Part shown: positions 33,542-47,298 of the stretch, piece by piece
Position numbering within the stretch: position 1 is the first letter of the stretch
Layout of the letters: each line of letters opens with the position of its first letter
Source of the DNA: Malacoraja senta
Taxonomy: Eukaryota
Length of the DNA: 64,000 nucleotides
Assembly (NCBI GenBank): GCA_038087875.1
Contig: CM075990.1
Location: 15,750,001-15,814,000, forward strand
Direction: 5' to 3'
The notes under the pieces: model-generated
The model's input: only the letters and a program-made list of their open reading frames with translations
The model's database searches: none
What the model was told of the DNA's origin: nothing
Position numbers and translations under genes: made by a program

Positions 33542-35391
33542 GGTCAACAAAAAAATATACACAGTACATATACAGTACAGTCCTTCAGATTATAAGATGT
33601 GGGATAAAAACCTGGTTGGACAATGTTTAAATACTCTCATTAATATTCCATTTCTGCCATTTGAGTGCAGTTGCATTTAGTTCTGTGCAACAGCAGGGAT
33701 CAATAAGATGTTTACTGCCTTGAAGGTAACTCACACACTGGTCTCCTTATGAGAGTGGCTGCTTTTTTCGGCATTCTCTCAATTTCTGTGTGAGTGGGCT
33801 GATGTCCTGGGCAGCAGAGGCTCTGGTGGGCCCCCAATGGTCCACTTTATACCAGTCAGCTGTTGTGATGAAAGCCTCCAGACTCCAGCCCCAGGGAGTG
33901 CAGCAGAACTTGCCAAAACAACGTAATTAATTTCACGGACAAGGGGCTTTGGCGTCTGTGCAGTTATGTACACAATTTAACCTATCAGAGCTGAAAGTGA
34001 ACAAACTGGCCTCTTTCGAGGCACACATTCAGGTGGTTGTGAGAATTACCCAGAAATGCACAAAGGGCTCCCTTCTGCCCCAACCCACGATTAAAGTCAG
34101 GAACGCACATGCTCGAAACTCCAGGGACTACTGCTCCACACACTAAATGAGCCAGGATAAGATTAGAAGCTCCTTCCTGACACAAAATATCGTTCAAAAT
34201 TAGCAGAGACTGATTAATATCCCTGACACCATGGAACATTGAACAATATCGTGCTGGAACAGACCCAACATGTCCTCGATGAACAGCCAGTCTAAACAAA
34301 TCCCAAATAACTGCTTATGATCAGTGTTCCACTACTTCCTGCCTGATCATGTGTCTGCCTAAAAGCCTCTTGAACATTACTAACATATCTGCTTCCGACA
34401 TCACCCCAGCACATACAAGTTCACAAGTTATAGGAGTAGAATTAGGCCATTCGGCCCATCGAGTCTTCTCTGCCATTCAATCATGGCTGATCTCTGCCAC
34501 CTAATCCCATTTTCCTGCCTTCTCCCCATAACCCTTGACACCTGTTCTAATCAAGAACTTGTCTATCTCTCCCTTAAAAATATCCACTGACTTGTCCTCC
34601 ACCACCCTCTGTGGCAATGAATACCATTTCAGGGTAAAAAAAAAACTTGCCCAAGGTTCCCTCACTTGTTTCTGAACCCAGGGAAAGTTCCTCCACATTA
34701 TTAGCACATTCCTGGAGTCTCCCCAGACAGTAAAGCACCAGAGTGCAGTTCTATACAAGAAATCTGTCATAAAGGGTCATTACTCTCCTTTCTAAATCTG
34801 TCGGCAACCTATATTTTTGTTCTAAATTCCCAGCTCCTGGGTAATATTTGTGTGTCATCTCGTTGTGTGTGGATGGTTCCATTAATACTCCGACCCAAAT
34901 TGTTACTGAAGAGACTCAATCTCAGTGGTCTCCAAAGAGAATGCCACTGGCTTCACAAATAACGTGAAGAAGGCTTTGCAGATTCTGGCTTCACAAAATT
35001 TCCCTCATCTCAGTCCTAAATTGCCTGCCCCTTTATTCTTAAACTGTGACCCCTGGTTCTGGACTCCCCCAACATCGGGAGAGATTTTCCTGCATCTAGC
35101 CTGTCCAATCCCTTAACAATTTTATATGTTTAAGAAGGAACTGCAGATGCTGGAAAATCGAAGGTACACAAAAATGCTGGGGAAACTCAGCGGGTGCAGC
35201 AGCATCTCTGGAGCGAAGGAAATAGGCAACGTTTCGGCCCAAAACGTTGCTTATTTCCTTCGCTCCATAGATGCTGCTGCACCCGCTGAATTTTATATGT
35301 TTGTTCTGCTGCTCAAAAGCCCTGCAAACTATAGCAGTTCATTGAACTTTTTAAATACAGCAAAGGTTTCCAACTGGAACAAAGTTTAAAA

Positions 35392-35631
35392 AGGGCCGGT
35401 CCCATGGTGATTTTTTCGGCGACTGCCGGCATCATTGACTGCCGTATCAGGTCATCAAAAAATTCGCGCCGTGAAGCTGCGTGATGACGTATGACGCGCG
35501 GTGTTTTTTCAAGTGCCGCAACATTTTTTTTGTCGCCGCTGGATTTTGAAATGTTCAAAATCTTTTGGCGACACTGATATGATGCCGGCAGTCGGCGAAA
35601 AAATAATAATCTCCAAATGGGGCAGACCCTT
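35392..35631. mobile_element. PIF/Harbinger-type MITE (diverged)
   Basis: Imperfect TIRs agggccggtcccatggtgattttttcggcgactgccggcatcat / atgatgccggcagtcggcgaaaaaat...ggggcagaccct. Confidence 0.7.
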
Positions 35632-36549
35632 CAGACAATCAGTTCTGGACCCAAACCACTCATTAGTGAAACCATTTCCTTCGCAACTCCTGTCTTCCTC
35701 CCAATTATCTTAAATCTATGCTGCCTGGTTACTGACCCTCTGTTAAGGGAAATAGATCTTACTGCCTCTCTGAATTTTATGCGCCTCAATTAAATCTGCT
35801 CTCTTCATTCTCAAGAAATCATCTCGGTGTTTTCTCGTAACTATCACCCTGGCAACATTCTCGTAAAACTCCGCTGCATTCTCTCAAGTGTCACTACCAT
35901 ATCACACCTCATCGGAGACAGACCATGGAGCACAGGCAGTAGAACGCCCGTGAGGTGGTTTATTTATTTATTCATAGTCTGGGCATGTTATCGGCAACAC
36001 TGGAATTCATTGCCAACCCTTACCTTTAACAGAACCCGCGAAGAAAAGCGCACTCTGGGCTAATTGTGGTCAATAGGTCATAAGTGATAGGACCATAGGC
36101 CATTCGGCCCTTCAGGTCTACTCCACCATGCAAACATGGCTGGTCTATCTCTCCCTCCTCACCCCATTCTCCTGCCTTCTCCCCATAAACCCTGACACTT
36201 ACTAACATGCACGTCTTTGGGATGTGAGATTAAACCTGAGCACCCGAACGAAACTCATGCTGTCACAGCGAGAACACTTCTGTCGTTTAATGTGCAATAA
36301 ACAAAGCAGTTTTGTTGTTATCCCAATAACTGAGAAGTTCAGCAAAATTGGGAGGGAAAACATGACAAAACATAAATTTAGTTGAAGCTGTTGGCTCTCT
36401 TCCCCACAAATTATTCCCTTTGATGCACAGTTGGGCTTACTGACAGGCAGCAAGGAATTCTCAGTGGCAAATTAAACCAATTTGTACTGATTGCCATTTC
36501 CATATCTTTCAAATTAAGATGCCATATGCTGATTTGTCCTGATAACTTG

Positions 36550-36935
36550 ATGTGTATGTGTGCACATGTGTGTGTGCGCGTGTGTCTGTGTGTGTGCGCA
36601 CGCATACGTGTGTGTGCATATATATATATATTATATATGTGTGTGTGTGTATATATATATGTATATGTGTGTATATATATGTACGTATATGTGTGTATAT
36701 ATATGTGTGTATATGTATTGTATATATATATATGTATATGTGAGTGTATATATATGTATTATATGTGTGTATATATATGTACGTATATGTGCATATATGT
36801 ATGTATATGTGTGTGTATATGTGTGTACATATGTGTGTATATATGTATGTATATGTATATGTGTGTATATAGAATTTCAAGCAAGAATTTCATTATTCCA
36901 TCTGGGACAAATGACAATAAAACACTCTTGACTTG
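36550..36935 (+). repeat. (TA/TG) compound microsatellite followed by a Rex/Babar tail
   Basis: Low-complexity tract to 36870, then gaatttcatt...gacaataaaacactcttgacttg. Confidence 0.9.
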
Positions 36936-38169
36936 TTGGTTTGCCAAGCCATCCTTTTCCATTTCTTCTGCCTGATGTTAGCATTTGTTTCAAACGATCA
37001 AAGGTCAGCCCTTCAGTTTAGCTGTCAGCAGCATTACCTTGCCTAGTAATGTGCCCAGACTTTTAAGAAACGTCGTAAATTAATTAGTTTCCAACAAGGT
37101 TACCCAGCACAATGGAGTTACAGTTCAAATATGCTCCTCAATTTGATCATTAATCAATGTGACGCATGGTCAGATCAGTAGGCTTGCATCTCAGTCTTGT
37201 TGGCTTGGCACCCTATCTCTGGACTGGGATATTAGCTACTGTGCAACTTTGCTATTAATAATCCCTTCGTTAGTAGACCAGACTCAGCCATTTACTCTAA
37301 TTTAAAAAAAATCACTGGTATACAAGTTGGATCAGGCCAAAGTACTAGCATGTTAAAAAACAAATGCTATGGGCCCCAAAGATAGACACAAAATGCTGGA
37401 GTAACTCAGTGGATCAGGCAGCCTCTCCACAGAAAGTGGATAGGTGACGTTTCAGGTCGGGGCCCTTCTTCAGACTATGCTAGTGGACATAGCTTTAAGG
37501 TGAGAGGGCCAAAATGTAAAGGAGATATGCAGAGCAAGTTGTTTATTTATCCTGAGGGTGGTGAGTGTCTGCAACACACTGCCGTGGGTGGTGGTGGAGA
37601 CTGGAACAACAGTGGCATTTAAGAGATTTTTGGACAGGCACGTGGATATGCAGGTACTGGAGGGATATGGGTTGTGTGCGGGCAGATAAGAGATGTTCAG
37701 CACAGATGTGTCGTGTTGTTCTGTTCCATGCTGTACTGTTGCGTGTTCTATGAGATGACGTACAAGTGTCCACAAATTGCAAGGCTCCAAGGCTGCAGTC
37801 AAGATTCTTGTAGATGCTGGTTTTAACCAAAGTCAGACACAAAATGCTGGATTTGAAATGAAAGACGATTCAATTCATGTTATTTCTTGCACTCTCAAAT
37901 GCACTCTCTTTGTGTGACTTCATTATATCAGGCACAAAATAGAACGTTGTAGTGTCTGCTCTGTTGCCTAGGAGCACAATTTCAAATGAATGCTAGGGTA
38001 TCAACTGCTCTATGGAAAGATCCAAGATTGTTTGTCACTGACTCTACTATTGAAATAGGATTTTAGTACATTCCTCAATAGGAAACTGTGAGGAGAGAGA
38101 GGTGAATTGGGCTTTTTTTTTTTTAACCCACTGACACTCATTCAAAACCAAAACTAAGAATATAAATAT

Positions 38170-38740
38170 GTAGGAAGGAACTGCAGATGCTGGTTTAAAC
38201 CAAAGCCGGACACAAAAAGCTGGAGTAACTCAGCGGGACAGGCAGCATCTCTGGAGAGAAGGAATGGGTGACGTTTCGGGTCGAGACCCTTCTTCAAACC
38301 TCATGCACTTGTCCAACATACTTCTCTCCTCCTCTCTGCATCTGTGAAGTCAGATCTGCACATTGCATCAGGCCTTGGTAACCAGATGTGTCTGACTGAG
38401 ACTTTAGGGTAAGATAGGCACAAAATGGCAGAGTAGCTCAGCGGGTCAGACAGCATCTCTGGAGAAAAGGAATAGGTGACGTTTTGGGTCGAGACCCTTC
38501 TTCAGACCAAGAGTCAGGGGAAAGGAAAATGAGAGATCTATACAGTGATTATAGAGAGATATAGATATCCGCTGAGTTACTCCAGCTTTGTGTGTTTATC
38601 TTTGGTTTGAACCAGCATCTCCAGTTCCTTCCGACACTTTGTGCAGCAAGGTGGTGCAGCAGTAGAGTTGCTGCCTTACAGCACTTATAGCTGGAGAGGA
38701 GGAATGGGTGATGTTTCGGGTCGAGACCCCTTGTCAGATT
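38170..38740. mobile_element. Cluster of Penelope-like pLTR fragments
   Basis: Repeated aggaactgcagatgctgg / gacgtttcgggtcgagacccttcttc units in both orientations. Confidence 0.8.
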
Positions 38741-41395
38741 TTCTGCCCGAGGCCTTCTCCATTCTCCGAGTGAGGCTCGGCACAAATTGGAGACGGCTTA
38801 CACGTACGAACATTGTCCTCCCCAACTTCAAGGGCGAGATGCTGCTCCATATTCCAACAGCCGATGGAATAACATCAGAAAACCCCCCCAGATGTTTCTA
38901 CCCCCAACCACCAGAGGTGGCAGCAGTGAGATGTAGACCAGCACAGCTCCCCAGTGGAATAATGAAACTGAGCAGGAAACGTGGGCTTTTAAATCATACA
39001 TTGCAAGGTAAATGGCCCAAATCCGAATCCCTTGTGTGAAATGGATCAAACTGCGACCCATCAGATGAAAGCTATTGAATTTGTAAACTGTCTTCCTTGA
39101 GATTTGCAGTCTCCGACACAGAGAAACAATGGGCACAATGAATAATTGCCCATTAATCACTTTATTACACAAAGTTGAACATTTATTGAAGGTGCAATAG
39201 CTCAGAAGCAAATTTCCGACCAATTATAAATATATCTTGAACCCCAAGAGAATTGAAATTACTTTTTTTTTGCTTCAGGGACATATGCAGCCAGTTTCTT
39301 ATGAAATTCAGGATTAAAATTCACAGTCTGTCTAGGTCAGGTCTCGACTATTCGTACTCACACAGCGCAACCTGTGATGGTCACACATGCATTCACTGAA
39401 TGAAGGAATCATCTACGATTAGTGAAGAGATATTCTTTTTCCAAAGACTTCAATATTCCATCCAGCAAACAGGGCGGCACGGTGGCGCAGCAGGAAGAGC
39501 CGCTGCCTCGTAGCGCCAGAGACCGGGTTTGATCCTGATCTCTTGTGCTGTCTGTGTGGAGTTTATCAAAATCAAAAATCAAATCAAAAAACTTTATTTG
39601 CCATTTGTGCTTACACACATAGGAACTCTTGTGCGGTTGTTCAGAGAGTCAAGTCAAGTCAAGTTAAAAAGACACACAGAAAGACACATAATCTATAAAA
39701 ACATATACTTCTCTAGAAATAAAAAAGAAAGTGCCTAAAACCCTATGTAAAGGGGAAAGTGATGAGCATTGTAAATTACAGGTTCTCACTCTGACTGTAC
39801 GAGGTTTCTTCTCGGTGCTCCGCTCTCCTACATCCCAAAGACTTGTGGATTTGTAGGTTAATTGGTTTGTGTAAAATTGCTCCTTGTGTGCAGGGAGTGG
39901 ATGCGAAAGTGGGGTAACATAGAACTAGTGTGAACGGGTGATCCGTGTGGACTCAGTGAGCCAACGTGCTGTATCATTCAATCAATTAAACTGATTATAA
40001 TCAACACACAGTCTCAGTCATTGATTACTAACTATGTTGAAATAGAGGATAGCTCTATGTTCAGAAAAAAATATTTGTGTTTCTCTATTTACTTACCACA
40101 AAGAGACTATTTACAGTGGCCAATTAACCTATTGACCTTTACATCTTGGGGAAATGGGAGGAAATCATACGTATTTCCTGTGATGTGGTTACAGGGAGAA
40201 CACGTAAACACTATACATACAGGACTGGACCCAGATCACTGGAGATAACAAACCATGATACCTTCATTATATTAAATCAGCAACTTCTGTATTGGATTAC
40301 AGAGTGAATGATCACATTACCAATAACTGTTTTACAATATCAATCCCTGATAGTTGGTAATTCAGTTAGCTGCATAAGGTAGACGGTATTCTACATGTTC
40401 ACAATGGATAAACAGATTTTTGAAATGTTAGCATCTATTGCAAAATATCTATTACAAATATCTCCTCCAACCTTTTGGGTAAGACTAAATTTAGAACAGT
40501 CAGTCCGAGAAATTAAATGTGTTATTGCACAGGAGTAAACTGGGTGGAAAATCTCTAACTTTCCTAATGGGGTATATCATCGAGTTAGGCTTTCAATCGG
40601 GCGTCCAACCACTTGCATGTAAAGATAATGGCACCAAATGCAAAACTAATTTGCCTTCAACTCAGGGCCAAGGCAGTTGTGTTGAGAGGAACCAGATCAA
40701 GATGCAGCCTAAACTAAGGCTCTTAAATACACCCCAAGTGGTGAAATCACAAGCACATGGTTTCAAAGAGAAAACAGGTACCAGAGTGCAGGGCCTAGTG
40801 GTGTGAAAGAAATGTCTTTCAGGAGAGCTGCCCGCACTTGCTGGTCTTCTATCTGCTTCCTATCATGAAGGCAATTCATGACCAGAACGTACACCAGTCT
40901 TGGCTAATTGAAGGAGACAGGTTTGTTGGCAAATAGAAAGGTTGCATTGTGCTCCTCAACGTTCCCAGTTGCATAAACCCTCCAGCTTCTATTTTGTTTT
41001 ACACTTGATAATTTACACTTGTAATGCTTAACTGTTTTTAGATAGGAACTTTGTAAACATCAGCAACAATTATTTGAGAAAGATTTAACAGAGAGCTGGC
41101 CAGCATTCTTAAGTAGCAGGTAAAAAATAAATCACTTGGCCAGAATTATAATTACTGCTTTCAAAAATGCTGCAAAACAACAGCGCTGAACAACGCTCAA
41201 ACAACTCCACAGTGTCTAGACTGCCTCCGGAAGCCTCACATTGTTATTCGATTGCAATATATCATGACCAGTAACCATCCATAGACGTTTCATCTGCAGT
41301 ACTAGTTGGCAGAGGCACCATCAATACAACAATGAATCAACACAACTACATAGGAAGGACAACGCATATCATGAGGAGTGAAAATTAAGACTTAC

Positions 41396-41560
41396 GAGAA
41401 CACGGCCGGTGAGAGTCTGGGCGGATATCATGACTCCGGCCCAGTCCTTGACGGAGGTCATCCAGCCCACCTCCCCCTGCGGTATCTCCACCTCCTTCTC
41501 ATCCAGGTCCTGGTGAGTGTCATCAGCCTGATTGGCTGCACCACCAATTTTCTGCGCACC
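41396..41560 (-). CDS. KCNMA1: Internal coding exon (equivalent to exon 2) of the large-conductance Ca2+-activated K+ channel alpha subunit (BK/Slo1), S0-S1 linker into S1
   Basis: The minus-strand translation is [55 protein letters not shown]. The C-terminal [26 protein letters not shown] matches recalled vertebrate Slo1 exactly. The acceptor is ...tccttctgtttgcttctccCAG (41563-41561) and the donor is GTAAGT (41395-41390). The exon is 165 nt, phase 0/0, as in mammals. Confidence 0.96.
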
Positions 41561-41766
41561 CTGGGAGAAGCAAACAGAAGGACATAGAGAGTTTGAGTTT
41601 GTGTCTAGAGATATAATTCTGGAAGAAAAGTTAATTTACTGTAATGCGCAACCAACATCAACAAACTTCAAGTGAAGGTTTTTGTAAACACAATATCAAG
41701 ATGTCAATATAAAATTCTAAAAGGGTCAGTCAGATGGGTGCTGCAACTAATGAACAAAGGGATGTA

Positions 41767-42003
41767 GGTTTAAGAAAGAACTGCAGATGCTGGAAAGCCT
41801 GAAGAAGGGTCTCGACCCGAAGCGTCACCTATTCCTTCACTCCATAGATGCTGCCTCACCCGCTGAGTTTCTCCAGCATTTTTGTCTACGGCAGATGCTG
41901 GAAAAATCGAAGGTATACAAAAATGCTGGAGAAACTCAGCGGGTGAGGCAGAATCTGTGGCGCAAAGGAATAGGTGACGTTTCGGGTCGAGACCCTTCTT
42001 CAG
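41767..42003. mobile_element. Compound Penelope-like fold-back insert with an intact minus-strand hammerhead-like core (41976-42003)
   Basis: Inverted pLTR pieces. The minus strand reads CTGAAGAAGGGTCTCGACCCGAAACGTC. gtaggt flanks both ends. Confidence 0.8.
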
Positions 42004-42124
42004 TAGGTAATAACCTCACATATTGCTTTGCATGCACTTACTAATGAGCTGCAAGAGTAGAATTATTTGTGAAGATTGGCAGAGTTAAGAAATAATCCAC
42101 TTTGCTTTTGAAAATTTGCCCATA

Positions 42125-42135
42125 TCTATTATTAG

Positions 42136-42202
<67 letters not shown>

Positions 42203-42891
42203 TACTAAAACTCTCAACTTGTTTGTTTGTATGAGTTCTGGAAACTCCGCTAAAATGGTACACGATAGCGCTATAGTTTTTGGCCCACCTTACTCACCAT
42301 TGTCCTGGGATGTGCAGTACCAAGTTTTATTCAGATTGATGTTACATTTTAGAATTTATTAACATTTAAAACTTAAAATAGCTTAAAACAGCATCCCCAC
42401 ATGGAGGGGGGTAGGGAGGGGAGAGGGATTATGGAGGGAGGGAGGGAGGGAGAGAGGGAGGGAGGGAGGGAGGGAGGGACTGAGGGTAGGGGAAAGGAGA
42501 GGGAGGGAGTGGGGGAGGGAAGGAGGAGAGAAAAAAGAAGAGGGAGGGTGAAGAGGAGAGGGAGGGATTGCTGGGGATGAGGGGGAATGGAGGAGGATAG
42601 GGGTAGGAAGAGGGATGGCAAGGTAATGGAGAAGTGGAGGGGAAGATAGAGGAGGGAAGGGAGGGGGTGAGGGGAAGAAGCAGTTGAGGGTGGGGAGAGG
42701 GAGGATAATGGAGGGAGGGAATAGGGAACTGAAGAGGGAGAGTGAGGTGCGTTCACATTGATCTTATTTTTTACGTTATTGCCATTTTTAAACTTTAAAA
42801 ACATCAGCCGCGCCTGCGCAGTGGGGGCTATGGGTGAGTGGTGGAATATTGCGTTGGGGGAACGGGGCCCAACGCGTTCCACTTGGTCTAG
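42125..42891 (+). mobile_element. Non-autonomous Helitron-like element
   Basis: 5' a|tctat...attactaaaa, expanded by a (TAT)n tract at 42138-42203. The 3' hairpin ggaacg-N10-cgttcc lies 7 nt before CTAG|t. No TSD. Confidence 0.6.
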
Positions 42892-44244
42892 TCTGTAATA
42901 AAACAGGATGGAATAGATAAACCTGCACCTTTACACTGGCGGGTATACATCTCATGTGGCAAACTGAGTCAGCCATTGTGCTGTAGCTGACTAGGGGTCT
43001 GCTGAGATATGGTACCTGGAAGCAGCTCCACCAACAAAGTCTAGAGAACAAATCTTGAAGGGACAGTGGAACTAATGATTGATTGGAAACTAAATGGAAA
43101 CGTTAGTATTCAGAGGAGACACAAAAGATTGCCGATCCTGGAATCTAGAGGAGAAACCAAACTGTTGGAAGAATTCAACAGGTCAAGTGGAAGCAAAGGG
43201 ATGGTTGACATGTTCGATAGATACAAAATGCTGGAGTAACTCAGCGGGACAGACAGCATCTCTGGAGAGAATGGGTGACGTTTTGGGTTGAGACCCTTCT
43301 TCAGACTGAGAGTCAGGGGAAACGGAGAATATAGATATGGAAGAGTAAGGTGTGAAAATAACAAAACTGACAGTTTGGGTCAAAACCATGTTTTAACTCT
43401 CTGTACATAAAGGGTCAGCCATTGAGGACAGGGATGAGATTTTCTTTCAGGAGAATAAGTGATTTTTGGAATTCTGTTCAGAATAAGGATGTAGATGGTC
43501 AGTTGATCAATATATTCCAGATAGAAATTGGATGTTAAGGGAATCAAAATGATATGGGTCAGAATACAGTGTACACAAAGAGGTACATTATTTCCCTCAT
43601 CTATTGCTGCTCTCGATCTCCATTCTGTCCATACTTCACTCAGTGGATGAAAGATGTGAGGCCTTCTGTCATGCAAAAAATGTAATAGGAACCTGAGGGG
43701 ACATTTTTTGTGTAAAAAGTGTCGGTGTATGGAACGAATGCCGGAGGAGGCAGTTAAGCCAGGGACTATGATAATGTTTAAGAAACATTTAGACAGCTAC
43801 ATGGATAGGACAGGCTTAGAGAGATATAGATCAAATGCAGGAAGGTGGGACTAGTATAGATGGGACATGTTGGCCGGTGTGGGCAAGTTGGGACGAAGGG
43901 CCTGTTTCCATGCGATATGACTTTGTCAGGTTCGAATGCAGATTTATTTTATATGAGCCGAGAAAAATAAAATGTAAAATACTAAACCAATTTGCACTGT
44001 TTTGATTTCAAATGAACTCTCTATGTTGCTGTGTGCTACCTGAATGAACATGTTTTAAGTTTACAACTTTTAATCAGAATTTCATTCAAAACAGACCTCG
44101 GAATTTGATTTCCTCGAATTAAAATATTTTTAGCTATTTGCTCGCGGTTATGGTTTAGGAACCTGTGGCTTGTGGATTTTAGAGTCACTGAGCTGTACAA
44201 CATGGAATCAGACTCTTTGGCCCAACTCATCCATGCCATCTAAT

Positions 44245-44450
44245 TCTTTATATTTATATATATACACATACATATATACATACATATACACACACACACA
44301 CATACATACACATACATATATATATTTATATAAAGAATTATAATTATATATTATATATTATAAAGAATTATAATAAAGGATTATATATGTATAATAAAGT
44401 ATAATTAAAAATAAATGTATAAATATGCAATATATATAGGACTATATAAT
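44245..44450. repeat. AT-rich (TA/CA) low-complexity tract
   Basis: Visible dinucleotide runs. Confidence 0.9.
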
Positions 44451-46014
44451 ACGTCTTTTAAAAGCCACAACTGTATATATTTCCCAATGGGTTTAATTAC
44501 AATCAGTTGTGGTTTCAAAATATGAAATTAGATTTATTCTTCCCAAGCAGAATTTGAGCCTGACACATTGCTGATGCAAAGCTCCGTCCCCAAATATGAC
44601 TCTTCAAGTCTACAGGTCACTGGTGTGTTTGAAACTCACAAGGTCAGTATAACCTTCCTGAAAAGCTGCTGGCCATCGTATTTACTCAACTGAATATTTC
44701 CCCCAGCACAATCCTCCGAGGTCTTACAGTGTGGAAACAGGCCCATCAGCCCAACTTGCCCACACCGACCAACATGCCCCATCTAGACGAGTCCCACCTC
44801 CCTGCGTTTGGCCCATCTATCCTATTCTATCCATAAACCCATATGAAGGTTTCTTAAATGTTGCAATGGTATCTGCCATTATCTAAAAACTCAGATCCAT
44901 GAGACATGACCTACCATGGGCAAAACCATGCTGACTATCCCTAATCAGCCATTGTCCATCTAAATGCATGTATACCTTATCCCTCAGAATACTCTCTAGT
45001 AACTTTACACATCTGGTGTCTCACTTGTCTGCTTAAATATCTGATACTCGAGTCTATAACTACCATTAACCATCTATTTACGCTCGTTCTACATGGTTCC
45101 CAATTTACTCTTCCTACATTCTCAACACCTCCCAGATTCTACCATTCACCCACGCACCTGAGGCAATTTATAGTGACCAGTTAGGCTACCAACCCTCCTG
45201 TTTATTGGGATGTGGGAGGAAACTGGAGCGTCCAGAGGAAATTCATGCAGTCACAGGGAGAACCTGCAAGCTCCACGCAGACAGCACATGAGGTGTGGAT
45301 TGAACATATGCCTCTGGGACTGTGAGGCAGCAGCTCTCTGTGTCCATCTGCTATTGCCATTTTACCATTGGCCGAGTTTCAGGGTATCAGGAATCATATT
45401 GAGAATGCACTTGTCAGCAACTCCTCAGGCAGGAACTGAAACATCAGTCCAATTGTGGACCAGTCATACCAATCATCATCATACTGAAAGAAATCTATAT
45501 TTAAACCACGCTGATCAGCAGAGCATTATGTGTGTAATATCAGCTCAACTGTGTACAGCTTGGTTTTGTTCAAGAAGAAATATATTTACGTCAGAGCAGT
45601 TCAAAGATCCCCAAGGTTGAAATGATTGACGAGTTTAGAAGAGTGGTAGGTTATTTGATCGAAACATTCAAAATTCTGAAAGTTTTTGACAAGGTGGATG
45701 TTTTCTTTGTGGGGGATCTAGAGCATGAGGTCACAGTTTGAGTGTGTGGGATAGACCATGTAAGACAGAGATGCAGAGGACATTCTTCTCACAGAATTGT
45801 GAACGTTTGGAAGTCTGTACCTGGAGACTAATCGAGGCAGAATCGCTGAATACCTTTAATGACGAGGACAAGATATTTTGGAGGAATTGAGAATATGAGC
45901 AGCATGCAACTGGATTAGTATATATACAGTAGGTGGTTTATGATCATTTTAGACTTGCTGGGCAGAAAGACCTTTGTCTGTGCGCCAACTCTCCATGATA
46001 TCTGAGATTTAATA

Positions 46015-46295
46015 CAGCACAGTGTCGCATTGGTAAAGTTGCTGCCTTACAGCGCTCGAGACCTGGGATCGATACTGACTATGGGTGCTGTCTGTACGGA
46101 GTTTGCACGTTCTCCTTTTTCTCGAGGAGCTCCGGTTTCCTCCCACACTCCAAAGATATACAGATTTGTAGGTTAATTGGCTTCTGTAAATTGTCCCTAG
46201 TGTGTAGGGTAGTGCTCGAGTATGGGTGATCGCTGGTTGGCGAGGACTCGGTGAATGAAAGGGGCTTTTCATGCTGCATCGCTGAAGTCTAAATA
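46015..46295 (+). mobile_element. HE1/V-SINE
   Basis: Head, core and tail all present. Confidence 0.85.
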
Positions 46296-47064
46296 CAAAC
46301 ACGTTTCTCTTCCATTCTATTAATCTCTTTGATCACAGCGAGGTTTCTCTTTGCATTGGAGAGTTCAAGCCCAATGGAGTGATGGCTTAACTCTATGACA
46401 CCAATCTACCTTGGCACACTTGCCTTCATCGGTCAGGGCATTGAATACAAGAGTTGCGACGTAATTTTACAACTATAGATTTGCTGGTGGGACCAGACTT
46501 GGAGTATTTTGTACACTTCTTGCTACTTAGTTATAGGAAGGATGTCAAAGGAAGACAAGCATGTAACTAGGACTGGAAAACTTGAGTTACAAGGAGAGAC
46601 TAGATAGGCTGCGACTTTTTCCTGCTATTTTTTTAATGTAAGTTTGAACATTTTGCTCGTACAATAAAGAAAGGGTGTGTGGCTGCCCCACAAAAGCTAT
46701 TTAAAATATTTCTAATTATTGAACATATCTAGGACAATCCTCATCATTAACCCTGGAGCATCACATTGTCATTTAATAAATTGTAAATTGGGATATGGTT
46801 TTGGGGAATTATTTTATGAATCTCCGTTTCAAACCTGATGCCTTACTTGTGAAAAAGTAGATCATAGCCTGGGCTAATCGCACTAGATGTATGACCTGTA
46901 CTCCTCTTTTGGAAGGGTCCATTGGAAAAATCCATTGGGCCTTTAAAATCAACAGCCACATACCGCTTAACTAACTGCCCATTAAACAATAAGGCAGGAC
47001 AACAAGAATATGAGCAACTCCACCCAGATACTAAGAAAGGCAGATGCAGCAACTTTAAGTGTCT

Positions 47065-47290
47065 GAAGGAACAGCAGATGCCGGTTTAAACCAAAGATAG
47101 ACACAAAATACTGGAGTAACTCAGCGTGACAGGCAGCATCTCTGGAGAGAAGGAATGGGTGACCTTTCGGGTCAAGACCTTACTTCAGACTGAAGAAGGG
47201 TCTCGACCTGATACGCCACCCATTCCTTCTCTCCAGGGACATTCCTTCTCTCCTTCCCGCTGAGTTACTCCAGCATTTTGTGTCTATCTT
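47065..47290. mobile_element. Penelope-like fold-back insert
   Basis: Inverted arms meet at cttcagactgaag (~47183-47195). Confidence 0.8.
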
Positions 47291-47298
47291 TGCAGTAA

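Noticed and set aside
38905..38925. CTCF-like motif ccagaggtggcagca
   Set aside because: The 5' half fits the consensus only with a gap, so it cannot be supported from sequence alone.
41378..41587. 69-aa plus-strand ORF over the exon
   Set aside because: It is the antisense shadow of the KCNMA1 exon. The splice signals and homology are on the minus strand.
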